DNA from: Gammaproteobacteria bacterium
Lineage (GTDB): Bacteria > Pseudomonadota > Gammaproteobacteria > JBCCGL01
Assembly: GCA_965277715.1 (NCBI GenBank)
Contig: OZ255836.1
Span: forward strand, 1,824,001-1,888,000
Length of the DNA stretch: 64,000 nucleotides
Direction: 5' to 3'
The stretch's first letter is position 1. Every line of letters begins with the position of its first letter. The notes beneath the pieces were generated by a model. The model was not told where the DNA came from. It was given only the letters and a program-made list of their open reading frames with translations, and searched no databases. Below, piece after piece: positions 28,285-39,409 of this stretch. The translations under genes were made by a program, and so were the position numbers.

Positions 28285-29391
28285 ATGTTTCAACTGTCAA
28301 TGGGCGCCCGTGTGCGCAAGTCGCCTTTTTTTGACGCCACAGTACGCCACGGTGTTACCCACTTCACTACCTACAACCATATGTATATGGCCACTTCCTA
28401 CGGTAACCCACAAGCCGAATACCAGCGTCTGCTCGAAGGGGTTAGCTTATGGGATGTCAGTTGCGAACGGCAGGTCGAACTCAGTGGCCCGGACGCTGGC
28501 GCACTGGCTCAATACCTATGCCCACGCGATCTCTCCCGCTGTGTGGTCGGCCAGGGATTATACACGCCGTTGTGCGACCACAGCGGCCGGATTATCAATG
28601 ACCCGGTATTGCTCAAGCTCAGTGAAAACCGCTTTTGGCTGTCGATAGCCGATAGCGATATTTTACTGTGGGCGCGGGCCGTTTGTGCTGAGAAAGGCTT
28701 TGATGCCACTGTCTGTGAGCCCGACGTCTCCCCTCTGGCAGTGCAAGGCCCCAAAGCCGAGGCAGTCGTCGCCGATTTGTTTGGCGATTGGGTGAAAACC
28801 TTAAAGTATTTCTGGTTCAAAGAAACCTCGCTCGACGGCATTCCCGTGGTCGTCGCCCGCTCCGGTTGGAGTAAGCAGGATGGGTTTGAGCTATACCTGA
28901 TGGACAGCGCACAAGGGTTGGCCCTATGGGACAAGGTATGGGCCGCCGGGGAGCCTTATGGTATTGGTCCCGGCACACCCAATGCAATCGAGCGCGTCGA
29001 AAGTGCGCTGATTTCCTACGGCACAGAAACTGACGATGACACCAACCCGCTGGAACTGGGGCTAGGTAAATACGTGCACCCCAATATCGACGCTGATTTT
29101 ATCGGTAAACAAGCACTCAAAAAAATCGCTGAAACCGGGCCAAGTCGTTTGCTGACCGGGTTATTCATGGCGAGCGATACGCCCGTTAATGGCATCGACC
29201 ATAAATGCCCTGTCACCCTTGACGATAACCCCGTCGGATTTATTTCAGTGGCCACGCACTCGCCGCGCCTGAATAAAAACATCGGGATCGCATTGCTCGA
29301 ACGCAGCGTCGTCGAAAATCAACAAACGGTTATTGCCCATACCCCAGAACGCGCCTACACCTGTGAAATTACTTCACTGCCATTTTGTTAA
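28285..29391 (+). CDS. GcvT-family aminomethyltransferase, DMSP demethylase (DmdA)-like
   Basis: R(K/R)SPFF, YNHM, WDVSCERQVE, INDPVLLKL...FWLSIADSD, RSGWS..GFE and PN.IERVE. The start is placed at ATG 28285 after GAGGGGG. Confidence 0.75.
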   Translation: MFQLSMGARVRKSPFFDATVRHGVTHFTTYNHMYMATSYGNPQAEYQRLLEGVSLWDVSCERQVELSGPDAGALAQYLCPRDLSRCVVGQGLYTPLCDHSGRIINDPVLLKLSENRFWLSIADSDILLWARAVCAEKGFDATVCEPDVSPLAVQGPKAEAVVADLFGDWVKTLKYFWFKETSLDGIPVVVARSGWSKQDGFELYLMDSAQGLALWDKVWAAGEPYGIGPGTPNAIERVESALISYGTETDDDTNPLELGLGKYVHPNIDADFIGKQALKKIAETGPSRLLTGLFMASDTPVNGIDHKCPVTLDDNPVGFISVATHSPRLNKNIGIALLERSVVENQQTVIAHTPERAYTCEITSLPFC

Positions 29392-29416
29392 TTAATCCTC
29401 TTCCCGGAAAAATATT

Positions 29417-30406
29417 ATGAACCACTACCATGTATATGGGCTAGGCAACGCGCTGGTCGACTTTGAATTTGAAGTCAGTGATGCCGTGTTATCAAACCTG
29501 AGTATCGAAAAAGGCGTGATGACCCTGATCGACGAGCCACAACAAATTGCTCTGATGGATAAACTAGGCACCTTGCAGCACAAAAAATCCAGTGGGGGTT
29601 CGGCGGCGAATACTATTATTGCGGTCAGTCAGTTTGGCGGCAAAACCTGGTATTCCTGCAAAGTGGCCGACGATTCAACCGGCGATTTTTACCTACAGGA
29701 TCTGCGCGACTGTGGCGTTGACACCAATATTTCTGAATCCGGGCGCGAATCGGGGCACACGGGTAAATGCGTGGTAATGGTCACCCCGGATGCCGATCGC
29801 ACCATGAACACCTTTCTCGGTATCACCGGCAGTATCGCCGATACCGAGCTAAACCCAGACGCCATTGCCGCCGCCGACTACTTATATATGGAAGGCTATC
29901 TCGCCTCCTCAGACAGCGGTTACCGCGCCGCCATAGAGGCCCGCAAAATCGCCGAGGCAGCAGGTCGCCGCACCGCCTTAACCCTCTCCGATCCCAATAT
30001 GGTGAAATTTTTCAAAGGCAACCTAATCGAGATGATCGGCGATGGTGTCGATCTATTGTTTTGCAATGATACCGAGGCGACCACGATGACTGACACCACT
30101 TCGGTGGAAGCCGCAGCGCAGGCACTAAAAGCCCACGCAAAATCGCTGTGCATTACCCTTGGTGCGAAAGGGGCGCTTATTATCGAGGGTGAAAACACCA
30201 TCGAAATTGCCCCACACCCGGTAACGGCAGTCGACACCAACGGCGCGGGCGATATGTTCGCCGGGGCGTATTTATATGCCATCACCCACGGCATGGGCAT
30301 TGAAGCGGCGGGTAAGCTGGCGGCACGTGCGGCGGCGGAGATCGTCGGTGTATTTGGTGCACGCCTGACCCAGGCACACTTTACAGCATTGCAAAAAGCG
30401 GTTTAA
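29417..30406 (+). CDS. PfkB-family carbohydrate/adenosine kinase
   Basis: GNALVD, GGSAANT and DTNGAGDMFAG. Confidence 0.9.
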   Translation: MNHYHVYGLGNALVDFEFEVSDAVLSNLSIEKGVMTLIDEPQQIALMDKLGTLQHKKSSGGSAANTIIAVSQFGGKTWYSCKVADDSTGDFYLQDLRDCGVDTNISESGRESGHTGKCVVMVTPDADRTMNTFLGITGSIADTELNPDAIAAADYLYMEGYLASSDSGYRAAIEARKIAEAAGRRTALTLSDPNMVKFFKGNLIEMIGDGVDLLFCNDTEATTMTDTTSVEAAAQALKAHAKSLCITLGAKGALIIEGENTIEIAPHPVTAVDTNGAGDMFAGAYLYAITHGMGIEAAGKLAARAAAEIVGVFGARLTQAHFTALQKAV

Positions 30407-30563
30407 ACCTTAGAGGGCGTTTTCAATTATCTGGGCGAGGCTGATTTTTCGCTACAGTCGTGCCGACAAGGCGCAATGAGGAATTTAGGATAATAGTCAT
30501 TCGCTATGCCATAGGCCCAATAGTTTTAGTAGCCTACACAACCTTTCAAGTGGGAGAATAACA

Positions 30564-31937
30564 ATGAGCAGCAACGAAAACACCTTGGCCGATGCCGATA
30601 AACAATACGTTCTGCACCCTTATACCAATCTGAGTGGGCACCAGGAGGTCGGCCCCTTTACCATTACACGCGGTGAGGGCGTCTATGTATGGGACGACAA
30701 AGGCAATAAACTGATTGAGGGCATGGCCGGTTTATGGTGTACATCGCTGGGATTCAGTGAGTCGCGGTTAATCGACGCCGCCACCGAACAATTCAAAAAG
30801 CTCCCCTACTCACACCTGTTCACCCATCGTGCCACCGAGCCCGCTATTGCACTCTCCGAGCGGTTGGTACAAATCGCTCCAGAGGGTATTGCGCGTGCAT
30901 TCCTGGTCAACTCGGGATCAGAGGCTGTCGATACCGCCATAAAAATGGTGTGGTATTACAACAACGCACTGGGCCGCCCAAAAAAGAAACGCATCATCTC
31001 GCGCAAACGCGCCTACCACGGTGTCACCATTGCCGCAGGTAGCCTCACCGCCCTGCCCTACGCACAAGACGGCTTTGACCTGCCCGCTATCGACGTACTG
31101 CACTGTGAAACGCCGCATTACTACCGCTATTGCCACACGGGTGAAAGCGAGGCGCAGTTTACTGATCGCCTCGTCGATGAACTGGAAAAACAAATTATCG
31201 CCGAAGACCCAGACACCATCGGCGCCTTTATCGCCGAGCCGGTGATGGGGGCCGGCGGTGTATTGATCCCCCCTGTGGGGTATTTTGAAAAAGTGCAGGC
31301 CGTATTAAAAAAATACGGCATTTTATTTATCGCCGATGAGGTGATCTGTGGCTTTGGCCGCACCGGGGCAATGTGGGGCAGTGACACATTCAATATCCAG
31401 CCAGACTTAATCACTTGCGCCAAGCAACTCTCTTCAGCGTACCTGCCAATTGGTGCCGTACTGGTCAGCGATGCGGTTTACCAGGCCTTTGTCAGCCACA
31501 GTGACAAGCTCGGTATCTTTGGCACTGGCAACACCTACGGTGGCCACCCAGTCGCCTCTGCCGTGGCGTTGGAAACATTGAATATCTACCGTGACGACAA
31601 CATCATCGAACACGTACAACAGGTAGCCGCTGTATTTATGCAGCGTGTTGAAGCATTGGGCGCACACCCTCTGGTTGGCCATGCAAGGGGGGTGGGATTA
31701 ATCGCCGGGCTGGAGCTGGTGGAGGACAAAGCCAGCAAAGCACAGTACCCGGTTGCCGACAAAGTGGCATTACAGGTGGTCACCAAAGCACGCGGGCACG
31801 GGCTTATTTTGCGGGCGATTCCAGGCGATAGCGTCGGTATTTGCCCACCGTTAATTATCAGTGAGACGCAAATCCATGAAATGTTCGACAGCATTGCGCG
31901 TTCGCTTGACGATGTGCACCAACATATTGCCAAGTAG
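30564..31937 (+). CDS. Class III PLP aminotransferase (omega-amine/putrescine type)
   Basis: GLWC..LG, SGSEA, YHG, DEVICGFGRTG, AKQLS and TYGGHP. Confidence 0.92.
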   Translation: MSSNENTLADADKQYVLHPYTNLSGHQEVGPFTITRGEGVYVWDDKGNKLIEGMAGLWCTSLGFSESRLIDAATEQFKKLPYSHLFTHRATEPAIALSERLVQIAPEGIARAFLVNSGSEAVDTAIKMVWYYNNALGRPKKKRIISRKRAYHGVTIAAGSLTALPYAQDGFDLPAIDVLHCETPHYYRYCHTGESEAQFTDRLVDELEKQIIAEDPDTIGAFIAEPVMGAGGVLIPPVGYFEKVQAVLKKYGILFIADEVICGFGRTGAMWGSDTFNIQPDLITCAKQLSSAYLPIGAVLVSDAVYQAFVSHSDKLGIFGTGNTYGGHPVASAVALETLNIYRDDNIIEHVQQVAAVFMQRVEALGAHPLVGHARGVGLIAGLELVEDKASKAQYPVADKVALQVVTKARGHGLILRAIPGDSVGICPPLIISETQIHEMFDSIARSLDDVHQHIAK

Positions 31938-32018
31938 CGTAGCGCTATCAATGTGTATAAGGGGGTAGTTAGCCTGCCTCCTCAGCAAAGCTGGTGGGAG
32001 AGTACGCGTGGCCGCTCA

Positions 32019-33269
32019 TCACCCTGCGCAGGCTTCTACTATTTCCCGCGCAGCCCGAATACCCGAATTAAACGCACCATGGCAGGTTGAATTGTCCCCG
32101 ACAGTGGTTGCCTCACCGGCAAAAAACAAGCGGTTATCAACCGGGCGGGCCAATTCACGACGTTGATGCGCCTGTCCCGGCAATGCACACGAATACGACC
32201 CTTTTGTCCACGGTTCAGTCGACCAGGCCGTCACAATAGAGCGGTTAACATGGCGTCGAACCCCATTGCCAAACACTTCGGCAATACGATCAACAGCATA
32301 GTCGTGCCCCGCTCGCTGTCCCTGTTTTTCCAGCCAGATCGCGTGTCGACCACCCGTGAAGACTATCGCCGTATTCTGCCCCATTACGCTGGCTTCAAAT
32401 CCGGCGGCTTCACCCGCTGCATTCCACACATTGTGGAAACCACGGCCATCGGCACCGAACACATCGCAATCGAAGTGCACACAGATCTTGTTCTCAGTCC
32501 CTGTCGGCAAACCTGAGATAGCGCCCATCTTCCAGTCAGGCAGCTTAGGTGCAAACGCGATGTCACCCGCCGCCAGCACACCGTTAGAAACAGTGGACAG
32601 CACCACACGCCCGCGCAATGCCCCCTTTGTCGTATCGACAGAGACGCCATCGGCAAACCAACTGATGCGCTTTACCTGTGTATTCAGCGATACAGGCACA
32701 TCACAACCCCACGCAAGGACCAAATTCCCGTAACCGTTGAGCACGGGAATATCCGTACCATCGACAAAACCAACATAATCTGTACTTGATGTCTGATCGA
32801 TATCCAGTGTATTGAGTGCCGCCATACCATTCATATACGACTCGGCATACTCACTGTCCAGATCCACCAGGTCGGCGATGGCAACATCCTCACCGCGCCC
32901 GACAGCCGCAACAATCGCCTTTGTACACGCATCCTGATAGGCGAGATAGGCACGGTGCTCAGGCACACTCAATGGTGTACCATTTTTATGCACGCGGATA
33001 TGATTAAACATATCACCGTATTCTTTGCCCAGCACAACACCCAACGCATCGGCAATCGCTACAAAGGGATTTGTCCCGCCTTGATGCAAATAACTACAAC
33101 CCAAATCAAACCACACGCCGGGCGCAATCTCCTCGCTATAGGCCCTGCCACCGATGCGGTGCGAGCCCTCAATAACGGTATAACTCACACCCAGCGCGCC
33201 TAACGCCTTGGCCGCCGAAAGGCCAGCAGCCCCCGCACCAATAATGACAACATCGGTTTCAATCGACAT
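32019..33269 (-). CDS. Flavin monoamine oxidase family protein
   Basis: GAGAAG, RIGGR, GSYS, FAGEAT and HGA..SG.RAA. Confidence 0.88.
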   Translation of the reverse strand: MSIETDVVIIGAGAAGLSAAKALGALGVSYTVIEGSHRIGGRAYSEEIAPGVWFDLGCSYLHQGGTNPFVAIADALGVVLGKEYGDMFNHIRVHKNGTPLSVPEHRAYLAYQDACTKAIVAAVGRGEDVAIADLVDLDSEYAESYMNGMAALNTLDIDQTSSTDYVGFVDGTDIPVLNGYGNLVLAWGCDVPVSLNTQVKRISWFADGVSVDTTKGALRGRVVLSTVSNGVLAAGDIAFAPKLPDWKMGAISGLPTGTENKICVHFDCDVFGADGRGFHNVWNAAGEAAGFEASVMGQNTAIVFTGGRHAIWLEKQGQRAGHDYAVDRIAEVFGNGVRRHVNRSIVTAWSTEPWTKGSYSCALPGQAHQRRELARPVDNRLFFAGEATTVGDNSTCHGAFNSGIRAAREIVEACAG

Positions 33270-33337
33270 AAATACGCCCGCTACTACCCTCAACTGTGCG
33301 AGAAAGTAGATAGATAGTCATCTGACAGAATTCCTGT

Positions 33338-34507
33338 CTATTGAAATAAGCCCGCTCTAATCGCATCAACCACCACCAGCGCTTCATCAACAGAGGCTCC
33401 CGTCACATTAATATGCCCCATTTTCCGCCCTGGCCTCGCCTCAGCCTTACCGTACAAATGCAGCGTGGCATCAGCCGGTAGCAGCGCCGCCCAGTCCGGC
33501 TCACCGCGCTGCCATAGATCACCCAATAAATTCAACATCACCACTGGCGTGGTCAACGCCGGATCACCAGCAGGTAATCCGCATACCATACGCACCTGCT
33601 GCTCAAACTGTGAGGTCACTGTGGCGTCCAGCGTATAGTGGCCACTGTTGTGCGGGCGTGGCGCAATCTCATTAATTAATACACGTTCATCCGTTGCCAC
33701 AAACATCTCGACACCGAGTACACCCACATAATCCAGTGCATCCGCCAGCGCCGTAGACAATCGCTGCGCCTCCACCGACAAATGACTATCTATCCGGGCG
33801 GGCACTGCCGAGGTCGATAAAATACCGTTGACATGTACATTCTCCGCCACTGGAAAGCACACCGCCTCCCCCTTATCACTGCGCGCCAACACAACCGAAA
33901 GTTCAGTGCGCAGGTCAATTTTCTCTTCCAGTACGCAGGGTACGCCAGCAAAGCGCGCAAAGGCTGCTTCAACGCCCTCACGGCTAGTACACACCGCCTG
34001 TCCTTTGCCGTCATAACCGAGCGTGGCTGTCTTCAAAATACACTCACCGCCGATCTCAGCAAACGCTGCGGCACAGTCTGAATCATTACGCACACAGCAA
34101 AACCGCGCTGTCGCCAGACCATTATCCCGAATAAACTGCTTTTCAAGCAGGCGGTTCTGCGCAATTTCCACCGCGACCAGCGACGGCGCCAACCGCACCC
34201 TCCCCTGCAAGGCACGCAGCGCCGCCGCCGGAATACTTTCAAATTCGATGGAAACCGCTGCGCAGTTTTCCGCGATGAAATCCAGCGAGGTAGAGTCTGT
34301 ATAAGCAGTGTGCAAATGCCGGGTGGCGATCTGCCCGGCAGGACTGAGTGGATCGGGATCGAGTACACAAACCCGGTAGCCCATAGTTAGCGCGGCTTGT
34401 GTGAATAGACGGCCCAATTGGCCACCGCCGAGCATGCCCAGCATTTTACCGGGGGGGATAATAGGTGAAGGGTGAAGGGTGAAGGGTGAAAAAGGGGGTG
34501 TGGTCAT
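33338..34507 (-). CDS. purK: N5-carboxyaminoimidazole ribonucleotide synthase
   Basis: [26 protein letters not shown] and RKMGH. Confidence 0.95.
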   Translation of the reverse strand: MTTPPFSPFTLHPSPIIPPGKMLGMLGGGQLGRLFTQAALTMGYRVCVLDPDPLSPAGQIATRHLHTAYTDSTSLDFIAENCAAVSIEFESIPAAALRALQGRVRLAPSLVAVEIAQNRLLEKQFIRDNGLATARFCCVRNDSDCAAAFAEIGGECILKTATLGYDGKGQAVCTSREGVEAAFARFAGVPCVLEEKIDLRTELSVVLARSDKGEAVCFPVAENVHVNGILSTSAVPARIDSHLSVEAQRLSTALADALDYVGVLGVEMFVATDERVLINEIAPRPHNSGHYTLDATVTSQFEQQVRMVCGLPAGDPALTTPVVMLNLLGDLWQRGEPDWAALLPADATLHLYGKAEARPGRKMGHINVTGASVDEALVVVDAIRAGLFQ

Positions 34508-35046
34508 GTTTGTGTGGTGCTGTTGTTTGTTGGGGGGAGAGTCATGTTTAGGGATGTTTGGCGTTGTGTTAAGCGGTATTGCCGGAGTTTTTCAGCAAGC
34601 GATGGCGTTGTGGTTGCCAGTATGCTGACAGCGAATAAACCGGCATTTGCGGCGCCCGCTTCGCCAATGGCGAAGGTGGCCACGGGGACGCCTCTAGGCA
34701 TTTGTACGATTGAGTAGAGGGAATCCTGCCCGTGCAGGTGGCGTGATGGCACCGGCACACCCAATACCGGAACAGTCGTTTTTGCCGCCAGCATACCCGG
34801 CAAGTGAGCGGCGCCACCGGCACCGGCGATAATGCACACCAAACCACGCGCCTGTGCGGTTTCGGCGTATTCAAATAATAAGTCAGGGGTGCGGTGCGCA
34901 GAGACTACGCGGTACTCATGGGGCACAGCAAACTGCTCAAGCTGCTGCACTGCCTGCTGCATAATTGGCCAGTCGCTGTCACTGCCCATTACAATACCCA
35001 CCAGAGGGTGCCCCTCGGTGGTTAGCTCATTGCTTACATCAGTCAT
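34504..35046 (-). CDS. purE: N5-CAIR mutase
   Basis: [24 protein letters not shown] and QMP.GVPV. Confidence 0.97.
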   Translation of the reverse strand: MTDVSNELTTEGHPLVGIVMGSDSDWPIMQQAVQQLEQFAVPHEYRVVSAHRTPDLLFEYAETAQARGLVCIIAGAGGAAHLPGMLAAKTTVPVLGVPVPSRHLHGQDSLYSIVQMPRGVPVATFAIGEAGAANAGLFAVSILATTTPSLAEKLRQYRLTQRQTSLNMTLPPTNNSTTQT

Positions 35047-35312
35047 AACGGCAGCTCAGCCAGATGAAAGCAGGGCATTCTCGCTGATTTTTTTGGTAAT
35101 CGCCAGTACACCGTCTACCTTATAATGCGTACCAGGCCGATAAGGCCGTACCTCAATCGTCGTTCTGCCGTGGTCAGTGGCAATAACTGACTGACAACAA
35201 AAACCCAAAAGCTTGCCTACCCTCGACAAGACACTGTTTACCCCACAAAATACAGATGCCTGAACACGCTGACTTTGGTAAGGTACGCGCCTCAAACTGC
35301 CCCAGGAAAACA

Positions 35313-36215
35313 GTGCCTTCTCAACAAGCAATTTTAGAAACCTGTATTCACTCGCTGCCGTTGATACACCGTGGCAAAGTGCGCGATTTATACGCAGTCG
35401 GAGAGGATCATCTGCTGATGATTGCCAGCGACCGCTTATCCGCATTTGATGTAATTCTGCCGCAGCCATTGACAGGCAAAGGCAAGCTACTGACCGCTAT
35501 CTCGTTGTTTTGGTTTCAACAACTCAACGACATCATTCCCAACCACCTCAGTGACTTATCGTTACAGAATGTGCTGCCAGACCCCAATGAATACGCCCAG
35601 GCGGAAGGCCGTTATATGCTGGCAAAGCGCCTGCGCGCCCTGCCGATTGAAGCCGTGGTACGTGGCTACCTCATCGGTTCCGGTTGGAAAGACTATCAAC
35701 ACAGTGGGCAGATTTGTGGCATCGGTCTGCCCAGTGGGCTGCGCATCGCAGAACAACTACCCCAACCGATTTTCACCCCGGCGAGTAAAGCCGCCGTCGG
35801 CGACCACGACGAAAACATCCCCTTTTCGACCGTCATCGACACCATCGGCGAAGACCTCGCCGAACAGGTACGCCGCACCAGCCTGGAACTGTACCAACGC
35901 GCCAGCGGCTACGCCCGACAGCGGGGTATTATCATCGCCGACACCAAATTTGAGTTCGGCCTCGATGAAAACGACCAACTGGTGTTGATGGACGAAGCGC
36001 TCACCCCCGACTCATCGCGCTTCTGGCCCGCCGACCAATGGCAACCGGGGTGCAACCCCCCCAGCTTTGACAAACAGTTTGTACGTGACTACCTGGAAAC
36101 CCTCGACTGGGACAAAACAGCCCCCGGCCCCCTACTCCCACAAGAGGTTATGGACAAGGCACTCGGCAAATACCGGGAAATCGTGTCACTGCTCACCGCA
36201 GACCCGGTGCACTAA
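35313..36215 (+). CDS. purC: SAICAR synthase
   Basis: GKVRDLY, DRLSAFD, ADTKFEFG, DEALTPDSSRFW and DKQFVRD. The start codon is uncertain (GTG at 35313 chosen). Confidence 0.95.
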   Translation: MPSQQAILETCIHSLPLIHRGKVRDLYAVGEDHLLMIASDRLSAFDVILPQPLTGKGKLLTAISLFWFQQLNDIIPNHLSDLSLQNVLPDPNEYAQAEGRYMLAKRLRALPIEAVVRGYLIGSGWKDYQHSGQICGIGLPSGLRIAEQLPQPIFTPASKAAVGDHDENIPFSTVIDTIGEDLAEQVRRTSLELYQRASGYARQRGIIIADTKFEFGLDENDQLVLMDEALTPDSSRFWPADQWQPGCNPPSFDKQFVRDYLETLDWDKTAPGPLLPQEVMDKALGKYREIVSLLTADPVH

Positions 36216-36257
36216 TAGACAACTTTCCACACTCTCTTTATATCAGCAGGTTATCCC

Positions 36258-37151
36258 ATGACTACTTTTGAACAGCAACTACACAAAATTGAAACACAAG
36301 TGGGTTTTATCGCGGCGCTCGACCAAAGTGGCGGCAGCACACCCAAAGCACTGCGCCTATACGGTATCGAAGAAGACGCCTATGCCAATGAGGCCGAAAT
36401 GTTCGACGCCGTTCACGCCATGCGCAGCCGCATCGTCACCAGCCCCAGCTTTAACGGCGAGCGCGTAATGGGCGCTATTTTATTTGAAATGACCATGGAC
36501 CGAGAGGTCGACGGCCAGCCCTCAGCCCACTACCTGTGGAACGAAAAACGCGTTGTGCCCTTTCTAAAAGTCGACAAAGGACTCGCCGACGAAGCCGACG
36601 GCGTGCAACAAATGAAACCGATGCCCGCACTCGACGCACTGCTGGCCCGCGCCAGTGAAAAAGGCATATTTGGCACCAAGATGCGCTCGGTGATTAAACT
36701 GGCCAATGCAGCGGGGATCAACGCTGTTGTCGACCAGCAATTCGATGTCGGTTTGCAAATCATCGCTGCCGGATTAGTGCCGATTATCGAGCCTGAAGTC
36801 GATATTCACAGCACAGAAAAAGCCGCTGCGGAAAATGCATTAAAAACCGCCTTACTGGCGCGCCTGGATCAACTATCCAGCGACCAAAAAGTCATGCTCA
36901 AACTGACCTTGCCAGAAACCGACAACTTCTACTCAGACTGTGTAAACCACCCCAACGTACTCAAAGTAGTGGCGCTATCGGGTGGTTACAGCCGCGAAGA
37001 GGCCAATGCCCGCATGTCGCGCAACAACGGCGTTGTCGCCAGCTTCTCGCGGGCGCTCACTGAAGGTTTATCGGCACAACAAAACGACGACACCTTCAAC
37101 GTCATGCTCAACGACTCAATTGAAAGTATTTATCAGGCATCAAAAACCTAA
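36258..37151 (+). CDS. Class I fructose-bisphosphate aldolase (Staphylococcus/Fda type)
   Basis: ALDQSGGSTPKAL, KVDKGL, GTKMRS, IIEPEV, ALSGGY and SFSRAL. Confidence 0.92.
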   Translation: MTTFEQQLHKIETQVGFIAALDQSGGSTPKALRLYGIEEDAYANEAEMFDAVHAMRSRIVTSPSFNGERVMGAILFEMTMDREVDGQPSAHYLWNEKRVVPFLKVDKGLADEADGVQQMKPMPALDALLARASEKGIFGTKMRSVIKLANAAGINAVVDQQFDVGLQIIAAGLVPIIEPEVDIHSTEKAAAENALKTALLARLDQLSSDQKVMLKLTLPETDNFYSDCVNHPNVLKVVALSGGYSREEANARMSRNNGVVASFSRALTEGLSAQQNDDTFNVMLNDSIESIYQASKT

Positions 37152-37285
37152 CACCTCCCCAACATTGAATTGATAAATATATAAGGCAACCCAAAGAACC
37201 CTCTCAATCACCACAGACGGATCGATTGTGGTGATTGAAAGCCCCCCAGCAAACGGACAACAGACAAAAAGCACAACCCCATACC

Positions 37286-37376
37286 ACCAGCAATTAGTGT
37301 CAGCCTACTTTCCACAGAAACAGTTGGCGTACGACTGTATGGATACAGGAGAGAGAGCAACGCAGGAGCAGTTACC
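37286..37376. repeat. Dispersed ~90-bp repeat, copy 1
   Basis: ACCAGCAATTAG..TCAGCCT..TTTCCACAGA.ACAGTTG.CGTACGACTGTATGGATACAGGAGA.AGAGCAACGCAGGAGCAGTT, shared with 39410-39500. Confidence 0.85.
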
Positions 37377-37486
37377 AGGGAGCGGTAGCTTCACCCTGCA
37401 AAGCGCAAAGAAAAACACCAAAACACCGCGAGCGAACCCCCACAACACTACCTAAAGAAGAGTAAAACACCCTCACTCCTGCGCCC

Positions 37487-38926
37487 TCACTCCTCAGGCA
37501 ACAAATCAGCAACCTTAACCACCTCCATCACACTCGTCCCCCCACCCACTCCCGCAAGGTTACCCTTAGTAATAATCACTATATCATCGCGTTCAACAAT
37601 CCCCTCTTTCACCATCAGCGCCACCGCATCATGGTTCGCACTCTGGTGATCATGTTTTATTTCAGCCATCTCAACCGGATAAACCCCCCGGTATAAAGTG
37701 ACCTTACTGCGTGTGCGCGCATGCCGGGTCAATGCATAAATGGGGATACTGGAACTGATTCTCGACATCCACAACGCCGTGGAGCCAGACTCGGTATACG
37801 CGGCAATAGCACGCACATGCAAATGATTTGCCGCATACATCGCCGACATAGCAATCGACTCATCGATGCGTACAAACGTATCGTCAATGCGGTGCCGGGA
37901 GCGCGTAGCACTGCCGTGCAATTCAGCCTTTTCACAAATTTCACCCATGGCTTTAACCGCCAACACCGGGTATTCGCCCGCCGCCGTCTCGGCAGAGAGC
38001 ATCACCGCATCGGTGCCATCGATCACCGAATTGGCCACATCAAACACCTCGGCGCGTGTCGGAATCGGGTTTTTGATCATCGACTCCATCATCTGCGTGG
38101 CAGTAATAACCACCTTGTTTGCACTGCGTGCCTGGCTAATCAGGCGCTTTTGCACAGCGGGCAACTCGGCATCGCCAATCTCCACACCAAGATCACCCCG
38201 GGCGACCATAATAGAGTCTGATGCTTTCAGTATTCCCTCAATATTATCCAGCGCCTCAGCGCGCTCAATCTTGGCACAGATCAACGCATCACCGCCCGCC
38301 TCATGTAACAACTGGCGCGCCTCTTCGATATCCGCTGCATCACGGGGGAACGATACCGCCAGATAATCCACACCGATTTCGGCGGCGGTTTTAATATCCT
38401 CACGGTCCTTATCCGTCAACGCCGGGGCAATCAACCCACCGCCGCGCATATTAATTCCCTTATTATTGGACAACACCCCACCTGTCATTACCCGCGTGTG
38501 AATCTCCGCCCCCTGAACAGCCTTCACCTGCAACACGATGCGGCCATCATCCAGCACCAGTGTGTTCCCCTCGCTCACTTCCTGGGGGAGATTTTTATAC
38601 GTGATACCCACCCGCTCTTTGCTGCCGACATCCCCGGTCAGGCTGGCATCGAGAATAAAATCACCCCCTTTGTGCAGCAGTACCGAACCATCGACAAATT
38701 TTTCAGTGCGGATTTTTGGCCCCTGTAAATCCCCCAAAATACCCACACACCGCCCCAGTACTTTAGAACGCTCACGCACCCGTGCCGCACGCGTCTTGTG
38801 ATCCTCTGCTGTGCCGTGAGAAAAATTCAGCCGCACCACATCCACACCCACATTGATCAGCCCATCGAGCTGGCGTGTCGGGTCAGTTGCCGGGCCAAGA
38901 GTTGCAACAATTTTAGTTCTGCGCAT
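37487..38926 (-). CDS. pyk: Pyruvate kinase
   Basis: RRTKIVATLGP, RLNFSHG, DLQGPKIR, MVARGDLG, TQMMESM and DAVMLS.E. Confidence 0.97.
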   Translation of the reverse strand: MRRTKIVATLGPATDPTRQLDGLINVGVDVVRLNFSHGTAEDHKTRAARVRERSKVLGRCVGILGDLQGPKIRTEKFVDGSVLLHKGGDFILDASLTGDVGSKERVGITYKNLPQEVSEGNTLVLDDGRIVLQVKAVQGAEIHTRVMTGGVLSNNKGINMRGGGLIAPALTDKDREDIKTAAEIGVDYLAVSFPRDAADIEEARQLLHEAGGDALICAKIERAEALDNIEGILKASDSIMVARGDLGVEIGDAELPAVQKRLISQARSANKVVITATQMMESMIKNPIPTRAEVFDVANSVIDGTDAVMLSAETAAGEYPVLAVKAMGEICEKAELHGSATRSRHRIDDTFVRIDESIAMSAMYAANHLHVRAIAAYTESGSTALWMSRISSSIPIYALTRHARTRSKVTLYRGVYPVEMAEIKHDHQSANHDAVALMVKEGIVERDDIVIITKGNLAGVGGGTSVMEVVKVADLLPEE

Positions 38927-39078
38927 AGCGGTATTGATTTCCAGAGAAAAAGGGTACGGATATACGTACTCTTAAGGTGTTAAACAGCGAGGATTATAGC
39001 CGTGTAACACCACAGGCAAGATAAAACATTTATTACAGCAACCACACCGGCAAGTGTAAGGTAAACGGTGTACCAACC

Positions 39079-39320
39079 TCAACCAATCGGCACCTTACCC
39101 CCTATTTTTGCCGTAATCTGCCCGGCGGCCCGGACTACCTCGGGGGCAATTTCAGCAATGGCATTATTCGGAAACCGGGCAGCAGGCCCAGATACAGAAA
39201 TACCGGCGACCGCTTCACCGTATGCGTTGTATACACAGGCCGCAATGCAGCGCATCCCCAGATAACGTTCCTCATCATCGTAAGACCACCCTCTCGCACG
39301 CGTTGTTTCCAGATCTATAA
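39079..39320 (-). pseudogene. C-terminal fragment of an IclR-family regulator (BhcR-like)
   Basis: RARGWSYDDEE..GMRCIAA.V...AGISVSGP..R effector-domain tail; the HTH and first half of the protein are absent. Confidence 0.75.
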
Positions 39321-39409
39321 ACCTAAATTCCTCAGTCGAATTGATTAACAAAAACATACCAACCAGATAAACAGGCAATACACCAGAGACACAACCTCAT
39401 GCACCAACT

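Noticed and set aside
30408-30510. Possible degenerate MITE-like element after the PfkB kinase
   Set aside because: Single copy in the window with no clear terminal inverted repeats.
35056-35300. Riboswitch or ORF between divergent purE and purC
   Set aside because: No recognisable ZMP or purine riboswitch consensus; the ORF 35056..35469 is antisense to purC.
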